From positions 768,001 through 832,000 of the forward strand of contig JBKAGP010000001.1 of the NCBI GenBank assembly GCA_046290465.1: a stretch of 64,000 nucleotides of DNA, written 5' to 3'. Below the pieces are notes generated by a model. That model saw only the letters and a list, made by a program, of their open reading frames with translations. It made no database searches and was not told where the DNA came from. Below, piece after piece: positions 8,792-18,397 of the stretch. Position 1 is the stretch's first letter. Each line of letters opens with the position of its first letter. Both the position numbers and the translations under genes were made by a program. The DNA comes from Planctomycetota bacterium. GTDB lineage: Bacteria; Planctomycetota; UBA1135; UBA2386.

Positions 8792-9561
8792 TGGCTCTGC
8801 CTCGCGATCCGTGCAACCCGGAGCGTCGCCGCCGCGACCCGGCCGAACGTCCACCGCCGCCGCCTTTGGGCGGGCGGCTGGTGATGTCGTGGAGCGGCGG
8901 CAAGGACAGCGCGATGGCGCTGCACGACCTGCAGCGCGACCACGACTACGAAGTGGTCGGGCTGATGACCACGCTCAGCGCCGAACACGACCGCGTCAGC
9001 CACCACGGCGTGCGCGAGTCGCTGCTCGACGACCAGGCGCGCGCCATCGGCCTGCCGCTGCACAAGCTGCGCTGGCGCCAGCCCGACGGCGTCGACGAGG
9101 CGGCGGCGATGGCGTCGTTCGAGCTTGCGATGGAGCAACTGCTGCAGGAGCTGCGTGCCGACGGCGTGCACCACGTCGGCTTCGGCGACATCTTCCTCGA
9201 GCGCACGCGGCGCTACCGCGAAGAACGGTTGGCCGACGTCGGCATGCGCCCGGTGTTCCCGCTGTGGTCGTGCGACACCGAAGCGCTGCTGCACCGCTTC
9301 ACCGACGACGGCTACGAGGCCGTCGTCACCTGTGCCGAGCCGGTCGCGGCGGCGCTCAACGGCGTCGACCTGTCGAGCCGGCTGCTCGCCGATGGATGGC
9401 CCGCCGGCGTCGATCCGTGCGGCGAGCACGGCGAGTTCCATTCGTTCGTGCACCAGGGCCCCGTGTTCCGACGCCCGGTGCCGTTCGTGCGCGGCACGCG
9501 CGTGGTGCGCGACGGCCGCCACTACACCGACCTGATCCCCATTCCCCACCTGACTCCATGA
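8791..9561 (+). CDS. DUF71/COG2102 (Dph6-like) PP-loop ATP pyrophosphatase, copy 1
   Basis: SWSGGKDS, FGDIFLE, PVFPLW, DPCGEHGEFHSFV; TGATG coupling to the upstream gene. Confidence 0.9.
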   Translation: MALPRDPCNPERRRRDPAERPPPPPLGGRLVMSWSGGKDSAMALHDLQRDHDYEVVGLMTTLSAEHDRVSHHGVRESLLDDQARAIGLPLHKLRWRQPDGVDEAAAMASFELAMEQLLQELRADGVHHVGFGDIFLERTRRYREERLADVGMRPVFPLWSCDTEALLHRFTDDGYEAVVTCAEPVAAALNGVDLSSRLLADGWPAGVDPCGEHGEFHSFVHQGPVFRRPVPFVRGTRVVRDGRHYTDLIPIPHLTP

Positions 9562-10103
9562 CCCCCACCCTTCCCGATCGACGCGCCCGGCTGGTCGCCA
9601 CCGCGCTGGTCTGCGCCGCCGCCTGGTCGCGGCTGGTGCCGCACTGGCCCAACTTCACCGCCGTGCCGGCGATGGCACTGTTCGGCGCGGTCGCGCTCGG
9701 CCGTCGCTTGGAGGCGTTCGCGCTGCCGCTGCTCGCGATGCTGGTCAGCGACCTCGCGCTGGCGGCGTTCGTCTACGGCACCGACGCGTTCGTGATGATG
9801 CCCGCCGTCTATGCCGCGATCGCGGCAACGGTCTGGATCGGCTGCCTCGCCGGGCGCCGGCCATGGTCGCTCTTGCTGGCCGGCGTCGGCGCCACCGCGA
9901 CGTTCTTCGTGACCGTCAACTGCTACGTCTGGCTGGTCTCGGATCTCTACCCGGCGACCGCCGCCGGCCTGCTCGCGTGCTACCTCGCAGCGCTGCCCTA
10001 CGCCGGCAACATGCTGCTCGGAACGCTCGTCTACGGCGGCGCCCTGCTGGCCATCTGGCAGCTGGCCCGCTCGCCTTCCTCCGCCCAGCCGAACGCCACG
10101 TGA
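9558..10103 (+). CDS. DUF6580-type small multi-TM membrane protein (ECF S-component-like putative vitamin transporter)
   Basis: RLVPHWPNFTAVPAMALFGA, PLLAMLVSD, FFVTVN..VW...YP..AGLLACY.AALP; about 5-6 TM segments; ATGA overlap. Confidence 0.75.
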   Translation: MTPTLPDRRARLVATALVCAAAWSRLVPHWPNFTAVPAMALFGAVALGRRLEAFALPLLAMLVSDLALAAFVYGTDAFVMMPAVYAAIAATVWIGCLAGRRPWSLLLAGVGATATFFVTVNCYVWLVSDLYPATAAGLLACYLAALPYAGNMLLGTLVYGGALLAIWQLARSPSSAQPNAT

Positions 10104-10759
10104 ACGACCCGATCTGGGCCGCTTCGTGGAGCGGTGGCAAGGACTCGTGCCTGGCGCTGCAGCTGGCGATCGAGTCGGGAGGCGAACCGTACGCGCTGCT
10201 GACGGTGCTCGACGAACACGGCGAGCGCTCGCGCTCGCACGGTCTCCGGCCCGAGGTCCTGCACGCCCAGGCCCGCGCCTGTGGGCTGCCGATGCGCGAG
10301 GCGTGGGCGTCGTGGCAGACCTACGAGGAGGCGTTCGTCGCGGCGCTGCGGGCGTTGCGCGACGAGGGCGTGACCGACTGCGTGTTCGGCGACATCGACC
10401 TCGAGGACCACCGCATCTGGGAGCAGCGCGTCTGCGAACGGGCCGGGCTGCGCGCGTCGCTGCCGCTGTGGCAGCGCGACCGCCGCGAGGTGCTCGACGA
10501 ACACTGGCGCCGCGGCTTCCGCTGCCACGTCGTCGCCGTCGATGCCCGCAAGCTCGACCGCGACGTGCTCGGCGCCGAGCTGACGCCGGAGCTTGCCAGC
10601 CGCTTCGAACGCGACGGCGTCGACGCCTGCGGCGAGAACGGCGAGTTCCACACCGTCGCCGTCGACGGCCCGCTGTTCCAGCGACCGCTCGAGCTCGCGT
10701 TCGGCGAGGTCGTCGAACGCAGCGGCTACCTGGCGATCGACGCGCGACCGCGCGGCTAG
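10100..10759 (+). CDS. DUF71/COG2102 (Dph6-like) PP-loop ATP pyrophosphatase, copy 2
   Basis: GTG start overlapping the previous stop (GTGA); SWSGGKDS, RSRSHG, VFGDIDLEDH, DACGENGEFHT. Confidence 0.9.
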   Translation: MNDPIWAASWSGGKDSCLALQLAIESGGEPYALLTVLDEHGERSRSHGLRPEVLHAQARACGLPMREAWASWQTYEEAFVAALRALRDEGVTDCVFGDIDLEDHRIWEQRVCERAGLRASLPLWQRDRREVLDEHWRRGFRCHVVAVDARKLDRDVLGAELTPELASRFERDGVDACGENGEFHTVAVDGPLFQRPLELAFGEVVERSGYLAIDARPRG

Positions 10760-10760
10760 C

Positions 10761-12023
10761 TCAGCGCTGCGGCGACAGCAGGCGCGCCACCGTCTGCTCG
10801 CGCAGCAGCTGGGCCTTCGCCTGTTCGCCGAGCAGGTCGAGCACCTCGGCCAGCACCGCGCACACGGTCGGCGTCGGGCCGAGCGCGTCGGCAGCCACGC
10901 GGGCGGCGCGCTCGGCGCGGGCGTGTTCGCCGGCGCGCGCCAGCTCGCGCGCGACCAGCAGCAGCGCGCCCTGCATCGGGCAGCTCGCCAGCAGTTCGCG
11001 CGGCTCGACCGCGCCCGGGTGTTCGCCGAGCAGCTCGGCGATGCGGTCCAGTCCGATCGGCGAACGGGTCGCTCCGTAGACCTGCACCGCCTTGCGGTGC
11101 TCGCCGAGCGCTCGGTGCACGTCGCCGAGCAGCAGGCTGCCGGACGGCCCGTCGGGGTCGGCCTTTTGCAGCCGCTTGCCGAGCCTGCGGGCGCGGTCGT
11201 GGTCGCCGGCAGCGAGCGCGCGTTCGCCGGCGGCGACCAGCATGTCGACGAACCGCTGGCGCTCGCCGGTCGCGCTGGCCGGCGGCGCGTGCTTGACGAC
11301 CTTGTCCTGCCATTCGACCGCTTCGTCGAGCGCGCCTTCGGCCTCACACAGCTCGCGCAGCACGCGCAGCATCGCGACGTCGCCCCCGAACCGCTGCACC
11401 GCGGCCTCCGCTTCGCGGCGCAGCGTGGCGGGCAGCACCTGGCCCTGGCGGCGTAGCGCCTCGAGGCGCAGCTGCAGCAGCGTGCGCTGCAGTTCCTTGG
11501 GCAGGCCCGGCTCGACGACGCGCGTCAGCCAGCCCATCGCCTCGTCGACGTGTCCGTCGGCCAGGGCCAGCCGCGCCAGCTTGAGGTTGGCGTCCTGGAC
11601 CACGTGCGGGTAGCGCTCCGGCAGCGGTCCGCGGTAGCGAGCGACCTTGCGGAAGCGTTCGCGGCTGGCGCGTCGATCGAGGCCGACCAGCGCGGCGGTC
11701 GCGTGCAGGTGCCGGCCGAGCGTCGCCTCGGCGCGCATGTCGCGCACGCGCTGCTTGAGCAGCCAGAACAGCACCATGCCGAGCACCGCGAACGTGACCA
11801 GCAGCAGCAGGATCCGCCCGACGGTGGTCTCGAGCATCGGCTCGAGCACCCGCACGAACAGGTCGACCAGCTTGAGCACGACGTCGAGCGCCGGCCCGAA
11901 CAGCGCCAACAGCAGCACGAACGGCAGCGCGTAGACCAGCACGCGCAGCCACGGGTTCTTCGGCAGCAGCGCCTTGATCGGCGCCAGCAGGCCCTTGCGC
12001 ATCACGTCGCCGACCCTACCCAT
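10761..12023 (-). CDS. Membrane-anchored TPR protein
   Basis: Two N-terminal hydrophobic helices followed by TPR-like repeats (e.g. SLLLGDVHRALGEHRKAVQVY); overlaps the upstream stop. Confidence 0.7.
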   Translation of the reverse strand: MGRVGDVMRKGLLAPIKALLPKNPWLRVLVYALPFVLLLALFGPALDVVLKLVDLFVRVLEPMLETTVGRILLLLVTFAVLGMVLFWLLKQRVRDMRAEATLGRHLHATAALVGLDRRASRERFRKVARYRGPLPERYPHVVQDANLKLARLALADGHVDEAMGWLTRVVEPGLPKELQRTLLQLRLEALRRQGQVLPATLRREAEAAVQRFGGDVAMLRVLRELCEAEGALDEAVEWQDKVVKHAPPASATGERQRFVDMLVAAGERALAAGDHDRARRLGKRLQKADPDGPSGSLLLGDVHRALGEHRKAVQVYGATRSPIGLDRIAELLGEHPGAVEPRELLASCPMQGALLLVARELARAGEHARAERAARVAADALGPTPTVCAVLAEVLDLLGEQAKAQLLREQTVARLLSPQR

Positions 12024-14208
12024 CGACGCCTCCCGCACCGTGCAGCGCGCGCTCGAGGTGCAGCCGCAGGTTGTCGTCCTTCTCGCGTTTGAGCAGCGTC
12101 TTCAACGCGCGCGTCGCCGGCCGCGTCGCCAGTTCGCCGAGCGCGCGCGCGATCTGCACGCGGCGGTTGTTGTGGCGGCGCAGCAGGCCGGCGCTGACCT
12201 TCTCGAGCCAGCCCGAACGTTCGTAGGCGCCGAGCATCGCGTCGACCGCGTCGTCGCCGATGATCACCAGCAGTTCGCGCAGCCGGTCGTCGAACATGGT
12301 CGGCTCGGGGCCGAAGCCGTCGGTGATGTGGCCGGCCGCCGCGCCGCCGCCGCGCACCAGCACGCGCGCCAGCCGTTTGCAGGCGTCCTCGGAGGCCTCG
12401 GGGCTGGCGTAGGCCGCGAGCACGTGCTCGAGCACCCGTTCGCCGAGTTCTTCGAGCACGCGCATCGAGGTCGCTGCCAGGCGGTCGTCGGCGACCCCGG
12501 CGATCAGGCTGGTGGTCAGCTGGCGGCTGGCGCCGCGACGCAGCATCACCGCGATCAGCACCTCGGGATCCTCGGCGTCGGGCACCGCTGCCAGCAGCGC
12601 CTCGTCGCGGTAGAAGGTCGGCTCCAGCAGCAGCGACTCGACCAGGAAGTGGCCGCGCGGGATCGACGCCAGGAACGCCTGCAGCACGTCGCGCGCGGCG
12701 TTGTTGAGCCGGTGCAGGATCTCCATCGGCGGGAACCGTTCGAGCACCGACTGGAACGCCTCGACGTCGCCGAGGCCGAGGAAGTAGTCGATCAGGATCC
12801 GCCGGTGGTCCGGGCGCGTCGACGTGAACAGTTGCTGCACGTGCGGCAACGCCTCGCGGTCGAACCGCTGCACCACCTTGCCGACGATCGCCGCCGGCCC
12901 CTCGCCGACGCCCCAGATGCGCGCCTGGCCGAGCGCGTCGCTGGCGGCGAACAGCGCCGGCGCGATCTGCGGCCCCATCGCGTGCAGCGCGTCGATGGCC
13001 TGTTCCTGCACCCGGCCGCTGTTCTTCCACGCCGTGCGCAGCAGTTCGTGCACGGCCGCCTCGCCGACGGCGACCAGTTCGCCGGCGACGCTCTGGTCGC
13101 CGTCGACGAACCGCCGCACCAGCCGGCGCACGTGGGCTTCGTTGACGTCGATGCGGTCCATCGCCTCGGTCGCCGATTCGATCCCCGCGACCAGCGCGGG
13201 TTCGACCAGGTCGCCGGGCGCCGCGATGCCGCAGCGCGGGCACTGCACGACCTCGCGCAGAAGCGGCGCCTCGCAGGCGCGGCAGCGCCAGCGCGCCGGC
13301 TCGAGCAGGCCCTCGAACGTCGCCATCGGCAGCCGTTCGACGGTCTCGGCGGGCAGCTGCGCACTCGTCACCGCGAGCGCGCGTTCGGCCGTCGGTGCGG
13401 CGAGCCGCCGGGCGAGCTCGGCGGCGCCGTGTTCGTCGGCGTCGAGGCGTGCGCGCAGCAGCGGCAGCCGCTGCTGGCCCTCGTCGAGCGCCTGCGCCTC
13501 GCGCAGCGCGGCCCGCGCGGCCTTGGCGTCGCCGTCGCGCCACGCGCGCGTGCCGAGCTCGGCGAACGTGCGGGCGAGGTCCAGCTGGGCGCGCTGGCGT
13601 TCGCCGCTGTCGCGCAGCAGCAGGATGCGCTTGCGGCCGGCGCGGGCGGCGGCCCGGTGGTCGCCCTGCTGCAACCGCGCCCGATACAGGAAGTCCCAGC
13701 CCGGCCCGTGCTGCGGCATGCGCGCCATCGCCTGCTCGGCGACGTCGGCGGCCTCGCACGGCATGCCGGCCGCCAGCAGGCTCTGGGCCAGCAGCAGGTC
13801 GTTCTCGCCGCTGTCGACCGCGAACGCCTTCTGCAGGTAGAGGTGCTGCTGGTGCGCCTGCTCGGCCTGGCCGAGGTCGCCGAGCACCTTGCCGAGCATC
13901 AACCGCGCGAAGTGGTTCTCCGGGTCCTTCTCGAGCACGCGCCGCAGCCGCTTCTCGGCGCCGGCGAGGTCGCCCTGCAGCGCCTGCTCGACGCCGAGCA
14001 GGTAGTCGGCGAGCGCCTCGCGGGCGCGCGCATTGCGCACCAGCGCCGCCAGCCGCCACCAGACGAACACCACCGCGGCCACCAGCGCGACCGCCAGCAC
14101 CACCTCGAGCACGCCCGGCTCGCTGACGAACGCGACCAGCCGCTGCCAGAGCGTCGGCGCTTCGGCGACGGTCGCGGGTTCGTCCTGCAGGTCGGCGGCG
14201 GCAATCAT
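12016..14208 (-). CDS. LapB/YciM-like protein (TM + TPR + rubredoxin-like CxxC..CxxC) with long helical-repeat C-terminal extension
   Basis: N-terminal TM; YLLGVEQAL...DPENHFARLMLGKVLGDLGQAEQAHQQH matches the LapB first TPRs; WRCRAC...QCPRC; HEAT-like tail. Confidence 0.65.
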   Translation of the reverse strand: MIAAADLQDEPATVAEAPTLWQRLVAFVSEPGVLEVVLAVALVAAVVFVWWRLAALVRNARAREALADYLLGVEQALQGDLAGAEKRLRRVLEKDPENHFARLMLGKVLGDLGQAEQAHQQHLYLQKAFAVDSGENDLLLAQSLLAAGMPCEAADVAEQAMARMPQHGPGWDFLYRARLQQGDHRAAARAGRKRILLLRDSGERQRAQLDLARTFAELGTRAWRDGDAKAARAALREAQALDEGQQRLPLLRARLDADEHGAAELARRLAAPTAERALAVTSAQLPAETVERLPMATFEGLLEPARWRCRACEAPLLREVVQCPRCGIAAPGDLVEPALVAGIESATEAMDRIDVNEAHVRRLVRRFVDGDQSVAGELVAVGEAAVHELLRTAWKNSGRVQEQAIDALHAMGPQIAPALFAASDALGQARIWGVGEGPAAIVGKVVQRFDREALPHVQQLFTSTRPDHRRILIDYFLGLGDVEAFQSVLERFPPMEILHRLNNAARDVLQAFLASIPRGHFLVESLLLEPTFYRDEALLAAVPDAEDPEVLIAVMLRRGASRQLTTSLIAGVADDRLAATSMRVLEELGERVLEHVLAAYASPEASEDACKRLARVLVRGGGAAAGHITDGFGPEPTMFDDRLRELLVIIGDDAVDAMLGAYERSGWLEKVSAGLLRRHNNRRVQIARALGELATRPATRALKTLLKREKDDNLRLHLERALHGAGGVDG

Positions 14209-14221
14209 GGACGGCTCGGGT

Positions 14222-15337
14222 TCAGGCCTCCACGGCGGCGCTGGCGTCGCCGTCGAGGTCGCGCGGCGCGTCGGCGTCGGGCGCCTGGTGCCGCGCCAGT
14301 CCCAGCTCCAGCAGCCGGTCGAGCAACCGCGGGAAGTCGAGGCCGGCTGCCGCTGCCGCGCGCGGCAGCAGGCTGTTGCTGGTCAGGCCGGGAATCGTGT
14401 TGGTCTCGAGCACCACGGGGCCGGTATCGGTGACGATCATGTCCGTACGCGACATGCCGTCGCAGACCAGCAGCCGGTGGCAGCGGAGCGCGAGCTGCTG
14501 CACCTGCTCGATCTGCGACGGACTCAGGCCGCGCGGCGGGACGATCTCTTCGGTCGCGCCGGGCCGGTACTTCGCATCGTGCGTGAACCAATCGTCGTCG
14601 ACCGGGTAGATGCCCACCGGCGGCAGCGCCTCGTGCCGGTCGCCACAGTTGCCCAGTACCGGAACGGTGATCTCCTCCCCGCGCACGGCCCGTTCGGCGA
14701 ACCAGCGGCGGAAGCGGCGGCCGTAGCCGTCGAAGAACTGCTGCAGGTCGGCCTCGCAGGTGATCCGGCTGACCCCGACGGTGCTCCCGGACACGTCGAC
14801 CTTGGCGAACGCCGGGGTGCCGACGGCGCGCTGCAGCCGGGCGAACTCGACGGCGGCGTCGAACGGCCCGCGCTCGGTCGCAACCAGATCGCCCGGCAGG
14901 TAGGCCTCCGCCACCGGCACGCCCGCCGCCAGGTAGACCTCGCGCGTGCGCAGCTTGTCCATCGCCACCGCCGACGCGGCGCAGCCGCTGCCGACGAACG
15001 GCACGCCATACAGCTCGAGCAGGCCCTGCACGGTGCCGTCCTCGCCGAACGGTCCGTGCAGCACCGGGAACACCAGGCCGACGCCACAGCGGTCGAGCAG
15101 CCAGTCCATCGCCGCGCCCGGGCGCATGCTGGCCTGCTTGCCGTCCGGGTCCCCGGCGCGCCAGGTCTGCCCCCGGGCCAGCGGCCGCGACGCCGGGCGC
15201 CAGCCGCCGCTGCGTTCGAGCAGCACCGGCCAGACGTTCCAGCGGTCGCGGTCCAGGTGCTGCAACACCTGGCTCGCCGACGCGAGGCTGATGTCGTGCT
15301 CGGGAGAACAACCGCCAACCAGTACCGCTACATCCAT
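14222..15337 (-). CDS. ddl: D-alanine--D-alanine ligase
   Basis: GGCSPEHDISLAS, FPVLHGPFGEDGTVQG, AVAMDK, AKY omega loop, ETNTIPG. Confidence 0.95.
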   Translation of the reverse strand: MDVAVLVGGCSPEHDISLASASQVLQHLDRDRWNVWPVLLERSGGWRPASRPLARGQTWRAGDPDGKQASMRPGAAMDWLLDRCGVGLVFPVLHGPFGEDGTVQGLLELYGVPFVGSGCAASAVAMDKLRTREVYLAAGVPVAEAYLPGDLVATERGPFDAAVEFARLQRAVGTPAFAKVDVSGSTVGVSRITCEADLQQFFDGYGRRFRRWFAERAVRGEEITVPVLGNCGDRHEALPPVGIYPVDDDWFTHDAKYRPGATEEIVPPRGLSPSQIEQVQQLALRCHRLLVCDGMSRTDMIVTDTGPVVLETNTIPGLTSNSLLPRAAAAAGLDFPRLLDRLLELGLARHQAPDADAPRDLDGDASAAVEA

Positions 15338-15460
15338 AACCCTAGATCCAGGGACCACCCTCGCGGCGGGCGCGCCTGACCGGGTCGCGCGAGCCGACGC
15401 CGGCGAGCATAGGGCAGAGCGCCCCTTCGACGCGACCATACGACCGAGGATCGCGTCGCT

Positions 15461-16393
15461 TCAGCCGCGTTCGTGCCAAAGCGCACCGGTCGCCGCCGCA
15501 GCACCCCACAGGATCGCATCCGATCCGCCGAGGCTCTCGACGAAGCTGAGGTCCTCGTGGAACAGCGTGTCGGTGTCGCGCCGCACGCTGGTGATGATGC
15601 GGTTGCGCAGGCCCGGCCAGCCGGCCAGCACGCCGCCCCCGAGCACGATCGCGCCCGGGTTGAGCAGGATGGTCGCGTTGGTGACCAGCGTGCACGCGGC
15701 GTTGGCGGCCTCGTCGAGGATCGCCCGCGCCCGTTCGTCGCCGCGGTCGGTCGCGGCGACCACGTCGCCGACGGTCCACGGCCCGTTGCCAGACGAGCCC
15801 AGTTCGTTGGCGGCCCGTTCGGTGATCGCGCGGCCGCCGCAGTAGGCCTCGTAGTGGCCGGGGCGTCCGCACGGGCACATCCGGCCGCCGGGCTCGAAGA
15901 TGGTGTGGCCGATCTCGCCGGCCGCGTTGTTGGCGCCGCCGTACGGCGTCCCACCTTCGATCAGGCCGATGCCGATGCCGGTGCCGAAGAACAGGCACAG
16001 CAGCGGGTCGCGCCCGCTCGCATGCCCCTTCAAGAACTCGCCCCACGCGCTGGCGCGGCCGTCGTTGAGCAGGGTCACCGGCAGGTCGACCTGCTGCTGC
16101 AGCCAGCTGCGCAGCTTGAAGCCGCCGAGCGGCAGGTTCGGCGGGTCGCCGAGGCTCTCGCCGTCGGGGCCGACGACGCCGGCGGCGCCGAGACCGGCCG
16201 CGCTCGGCGCGTCGAGGCCCTTGGCCTTGCCGTCGACGAGCACCTGCTCGATCGCCTGCTGCATGCGCTGCAGGAACGGCTCGCGGTCACGGATCGTGTC
16301 GACGCGCTGGGCGCAGTGCACGCCGTAGTCTTCGCTGACCAGCGCAAAGCGACACTTGGTCCCGCCGAGATCTCCTGCCAGAACGGTGCGCAA
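15461..16393 (-). CDS. ROK family sugar kinase (glucokinase-like)
   Basis: DLGGTK, NDG, GTGIG, AGEIGH..CPCG; TTG start. Confidence 0.92.
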   Translation of the reverse strand: MRTVLAGDLGGTKCRFALVSEDYGVHCAQRVDTIRDREPFLQRMQQAIEQVLVDGKAKGLDAPSAAGLGAAGVVGPDGESLGDPPNLPLGGFKLRSWLQQQVDLPVTLLNDGRASAWGEFLKGHASGRDPLLCLFFGTGIGIGLIEGGTPYGGANNAAGEIGHTIFEPGGRMCPCGRPGHYEAYCGGRAITERAANELGSSGNGPWTVGDVVAATDRGDERARAILDEAANAACTLVTNATILLNPGAIVLGGGVLAGWPGLRNRIITSVRRDTDTLFHEDLSFVESLGGSDAILWGAAAATGALWHERG

Positions 16394-16729
16394 TCAGTCC
16401 TCCGATAGGGCTTCCATCAGCTCGTCGAGCAGCCGGATCATGCTCTTGTTGGTGTGTTCGAGCACCGTGATGCGGCGCATCAGCTTCTCGACCACCGGCG
16501 GCAGGATCGTCTCCAGCGCCACCGACTTGATCATCTGGAACGTCTCGACGCGATGCGGGTTGACGTCCGTGCCTTCCTTGAAGTGGAAGTGGTAGGCGTT
16601 GTCGAGCGCCTCCGCCGTGCGCGCAAGGATTTCCTGCGCGACGTCCTGCTGCTCCTCCGCACCGTGGTGCGACATCTTGAAGGCTTCGACTTTGAAGCTG
16701 TGCAGGGCGTCCTTGAGTTTCTGCTTCAC
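16394..16729 (-). CDS. Small hypothetical protein (helical)
   Basis: GTG start with AGGAG SD; typical codon usage; abuts the ROK gene. Confidence 0.7.
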   Translation of the reverse strand: MKQKLKDALHSFKVEAFKMSHHGAEEQQDVAQEILARTAEALDNAYHFHFKEGTDVNPHRVETFQMIKSVALETILPPVVEKLMRRITVLEHTNKSMIRLLDELMEALSED

Positions 16730-16880
16730 GGCAATCTCCTGGGTTCCGGGAACGGGGAATCGAACGCCTCAGGCGTATCTCCTCGCCGCGATTCCGGCAA
16801 TGGGCCCAGGTGATCAGACGCCGCGGGGCGGGGTGCCCGACCCCGCGATCGGGCGCCGCGCGGATCGGGACTTGCATGGC

Positions 16881-16900
16881 GCGCGCGGTTCGCCGCGCGC
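16881..16900 (-). terminator. GC hairpin after fabF (possible terminator or processing stem, no U-tract)
   Basis: GCGCGCGG-TTCG-CCGCGCGC immediately past the fabF stop. Confidence 0.4.
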
Positions 16901-16903
16901 CGA

Positions 16904-18148
16904 TCAGTCGACGTAGCGACCGATCGCCAGGCTGGTGTTGTGGCCGCCGAAGCCCAGCGAGTTGCTGATGCAGTTGTCGACCTTCAGCTCGCGCGCGGTG
17001 TTCGGCACGTAGTCCAGGTCGAGCTCCGGATCGGGCGTCTCGTGGTTGATCGTCGGGTGCACCTTGCCATCGCGGATCGACATCGCGCATGCCGCGAGTT
17101 CGATCGCTCCGGACGCACCGAGCAGGTGGCCGACCATCGACTTGGTCGACGACACGCTCAGCTTGCCGGCGTGCTCGCCGAACACGCGCTTGATCGCGGC
17201 GGTCTCGATCTTGTCGTTGAGGTAGGTGCTGGTGCCGTGCGCGTTGACGTACTGCACGTCCTCGGGGTTGAGGCCGCCGTCCTTCAGCGCCTGCGCCATC
17301 GCCCGGGTCGGGCCGTCGGCGTCCTCGTTGGGCGCCGTGATGTGGAAGGCGTCGTCGGTCGAGCCGTAGCCCTTGACCTCGGCGATGATGTTGGCGCCGC
17401 GGGCCTTGGCGTGCTCGAGCTCCTCGAGCACCAGCGCTGCCGCACCCTCACCCATCACGAAGCCGTCGCGGTCCTTGTCGAACGGGCGCGATGCCTTCTT
17501 CGGGTCGTCGTTGCGCGTCGACACGGCCTTGAGCGCGCAGAAGCCGGCGAGACCGAGCTCGGTCGTCGCCGCCTCGGAACCGCCGGTCAGCACCACGTCG
17601 GCTTCGCCGTACTGGATCGTGCGCAGCGCGATGCCGATCGCGTGGCTGGCGCTGGCGCAGGCCGACGAGGTCACGAAGCACGTGCCCATCGTGCCGAAGC
17701 GGATCGCCGCCTGGCCGGCCATCGCGTTGGCCATGATCTTCGGGATGAAGAACGGGCTGACGCGGTTGGCGCCGCGGTTGACCTGCAGGACCTTGCTCTT
17801 CTCGATCTCGTCGATGCCGCCGATGCCGGTGCCGGTGATGCAGCCGACCCGCGTGCGGTCCTCCTTGTCCATGTCGATGCCGCTGGTCTTCATCGCCTCG
17901 TCGGCGGCGACCAGGTAGTACATCGTGAACCGCTCGAGGCGCTTCGACTCGGTCTTCGGGAAGTGGTCCTCGTCCTTCCAGTCCCACACCTCGCAGGCGA
18001 ACTTCGCGGTGTGGTTCTCGGTATCGAACTTGGTGATTAGGCCCGCCCCCGACTGACCCTCGAGCAGGTTGCCCCAGATGGTCGGCAGGTTGAGACCGAG
18101 GGACGAGACCGCCCCTACGCCGGTGATCACGACGCGACGTCTACTCAT
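16904..18148 (-). CDS. fabF: 3-oxoacyl-ACP synthase II
   Basis: RRVVITG, SACAS (Cys), [27 protein letters not shown]. Confidence 0.97.
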   Translation of the reverse strand: MSRRRVVITGVGAVSSLGLNLPTIWGNLLEGQSGAGLITKFDTENHTAKFACEVWDWKDEDHFPKTESKRLERFTMYYLVAADEAMKTSGIDMDKEDRTRVGCITGTGIGGIDEIEKSKVLQVNRGANRVSPFFIPKIMANAMAGQAAIRFGTMGTCFVTSSACASASHAIGIALRTIQYGEADVVLTGGSEAATTELGLAGFCALKAVSTRNDDPKKASRPFDKDRDGFVMGEGAAALVLEELEHAKARGANIIAEVKGYGSTDDAFHITAPNEDADGPTRAMAQALKDGGLNPEDVQYVNAHGTSTYLNDKIETAAIKRVFGEHAGKLSVSSTKSMVGHLLGASGAIELAACAMSIRDGKVHPTINHETPDPELDLDYVPNTARELKVDNCISNSLGFGGHNTSLAIGRYVD

Positions 18149-18397
18149 CAGTGTGTCCTCGCTGCAAAACCGGTAGACGCCCGCAGCGCGAGCGTCGATG
18201 CCGGAAGGAATCCGACGGTCGGAGACCGACGGAAGAACCGCCTGCGTCGGGTCGCGGCTGCGCCGCCCGCACCACAGGCCGTGTCATCATCGAGCCGGGC
18301 GATCCCGACAGGAAACGAGCCAGCTTCGGCTTGTCCAGCTGAGCGCACCCAGCTGAGCGAACCCAGAGGGGGCGGCCCAGCCGAGCCAGCAACCTTG

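Noticed and set aside
8791..10759. Diphthamide biosynthesis
   Set aside because: Bacteria lack the EF-2 diphthamide target, no other dph genes are present, and the context is B12
14222..15337. Van-type D-Ala-D-Lac ligase
   Set aside because: The omega loop retains the KY tyrosine (DAKY) and there are no vanH/vanX neighbours
16741..16770. Minus-strand GTTCGATTCCCC resembling a tRNA T-loop
   Set aside because: T-stem, acceptor and anticodon arms cannot be formed
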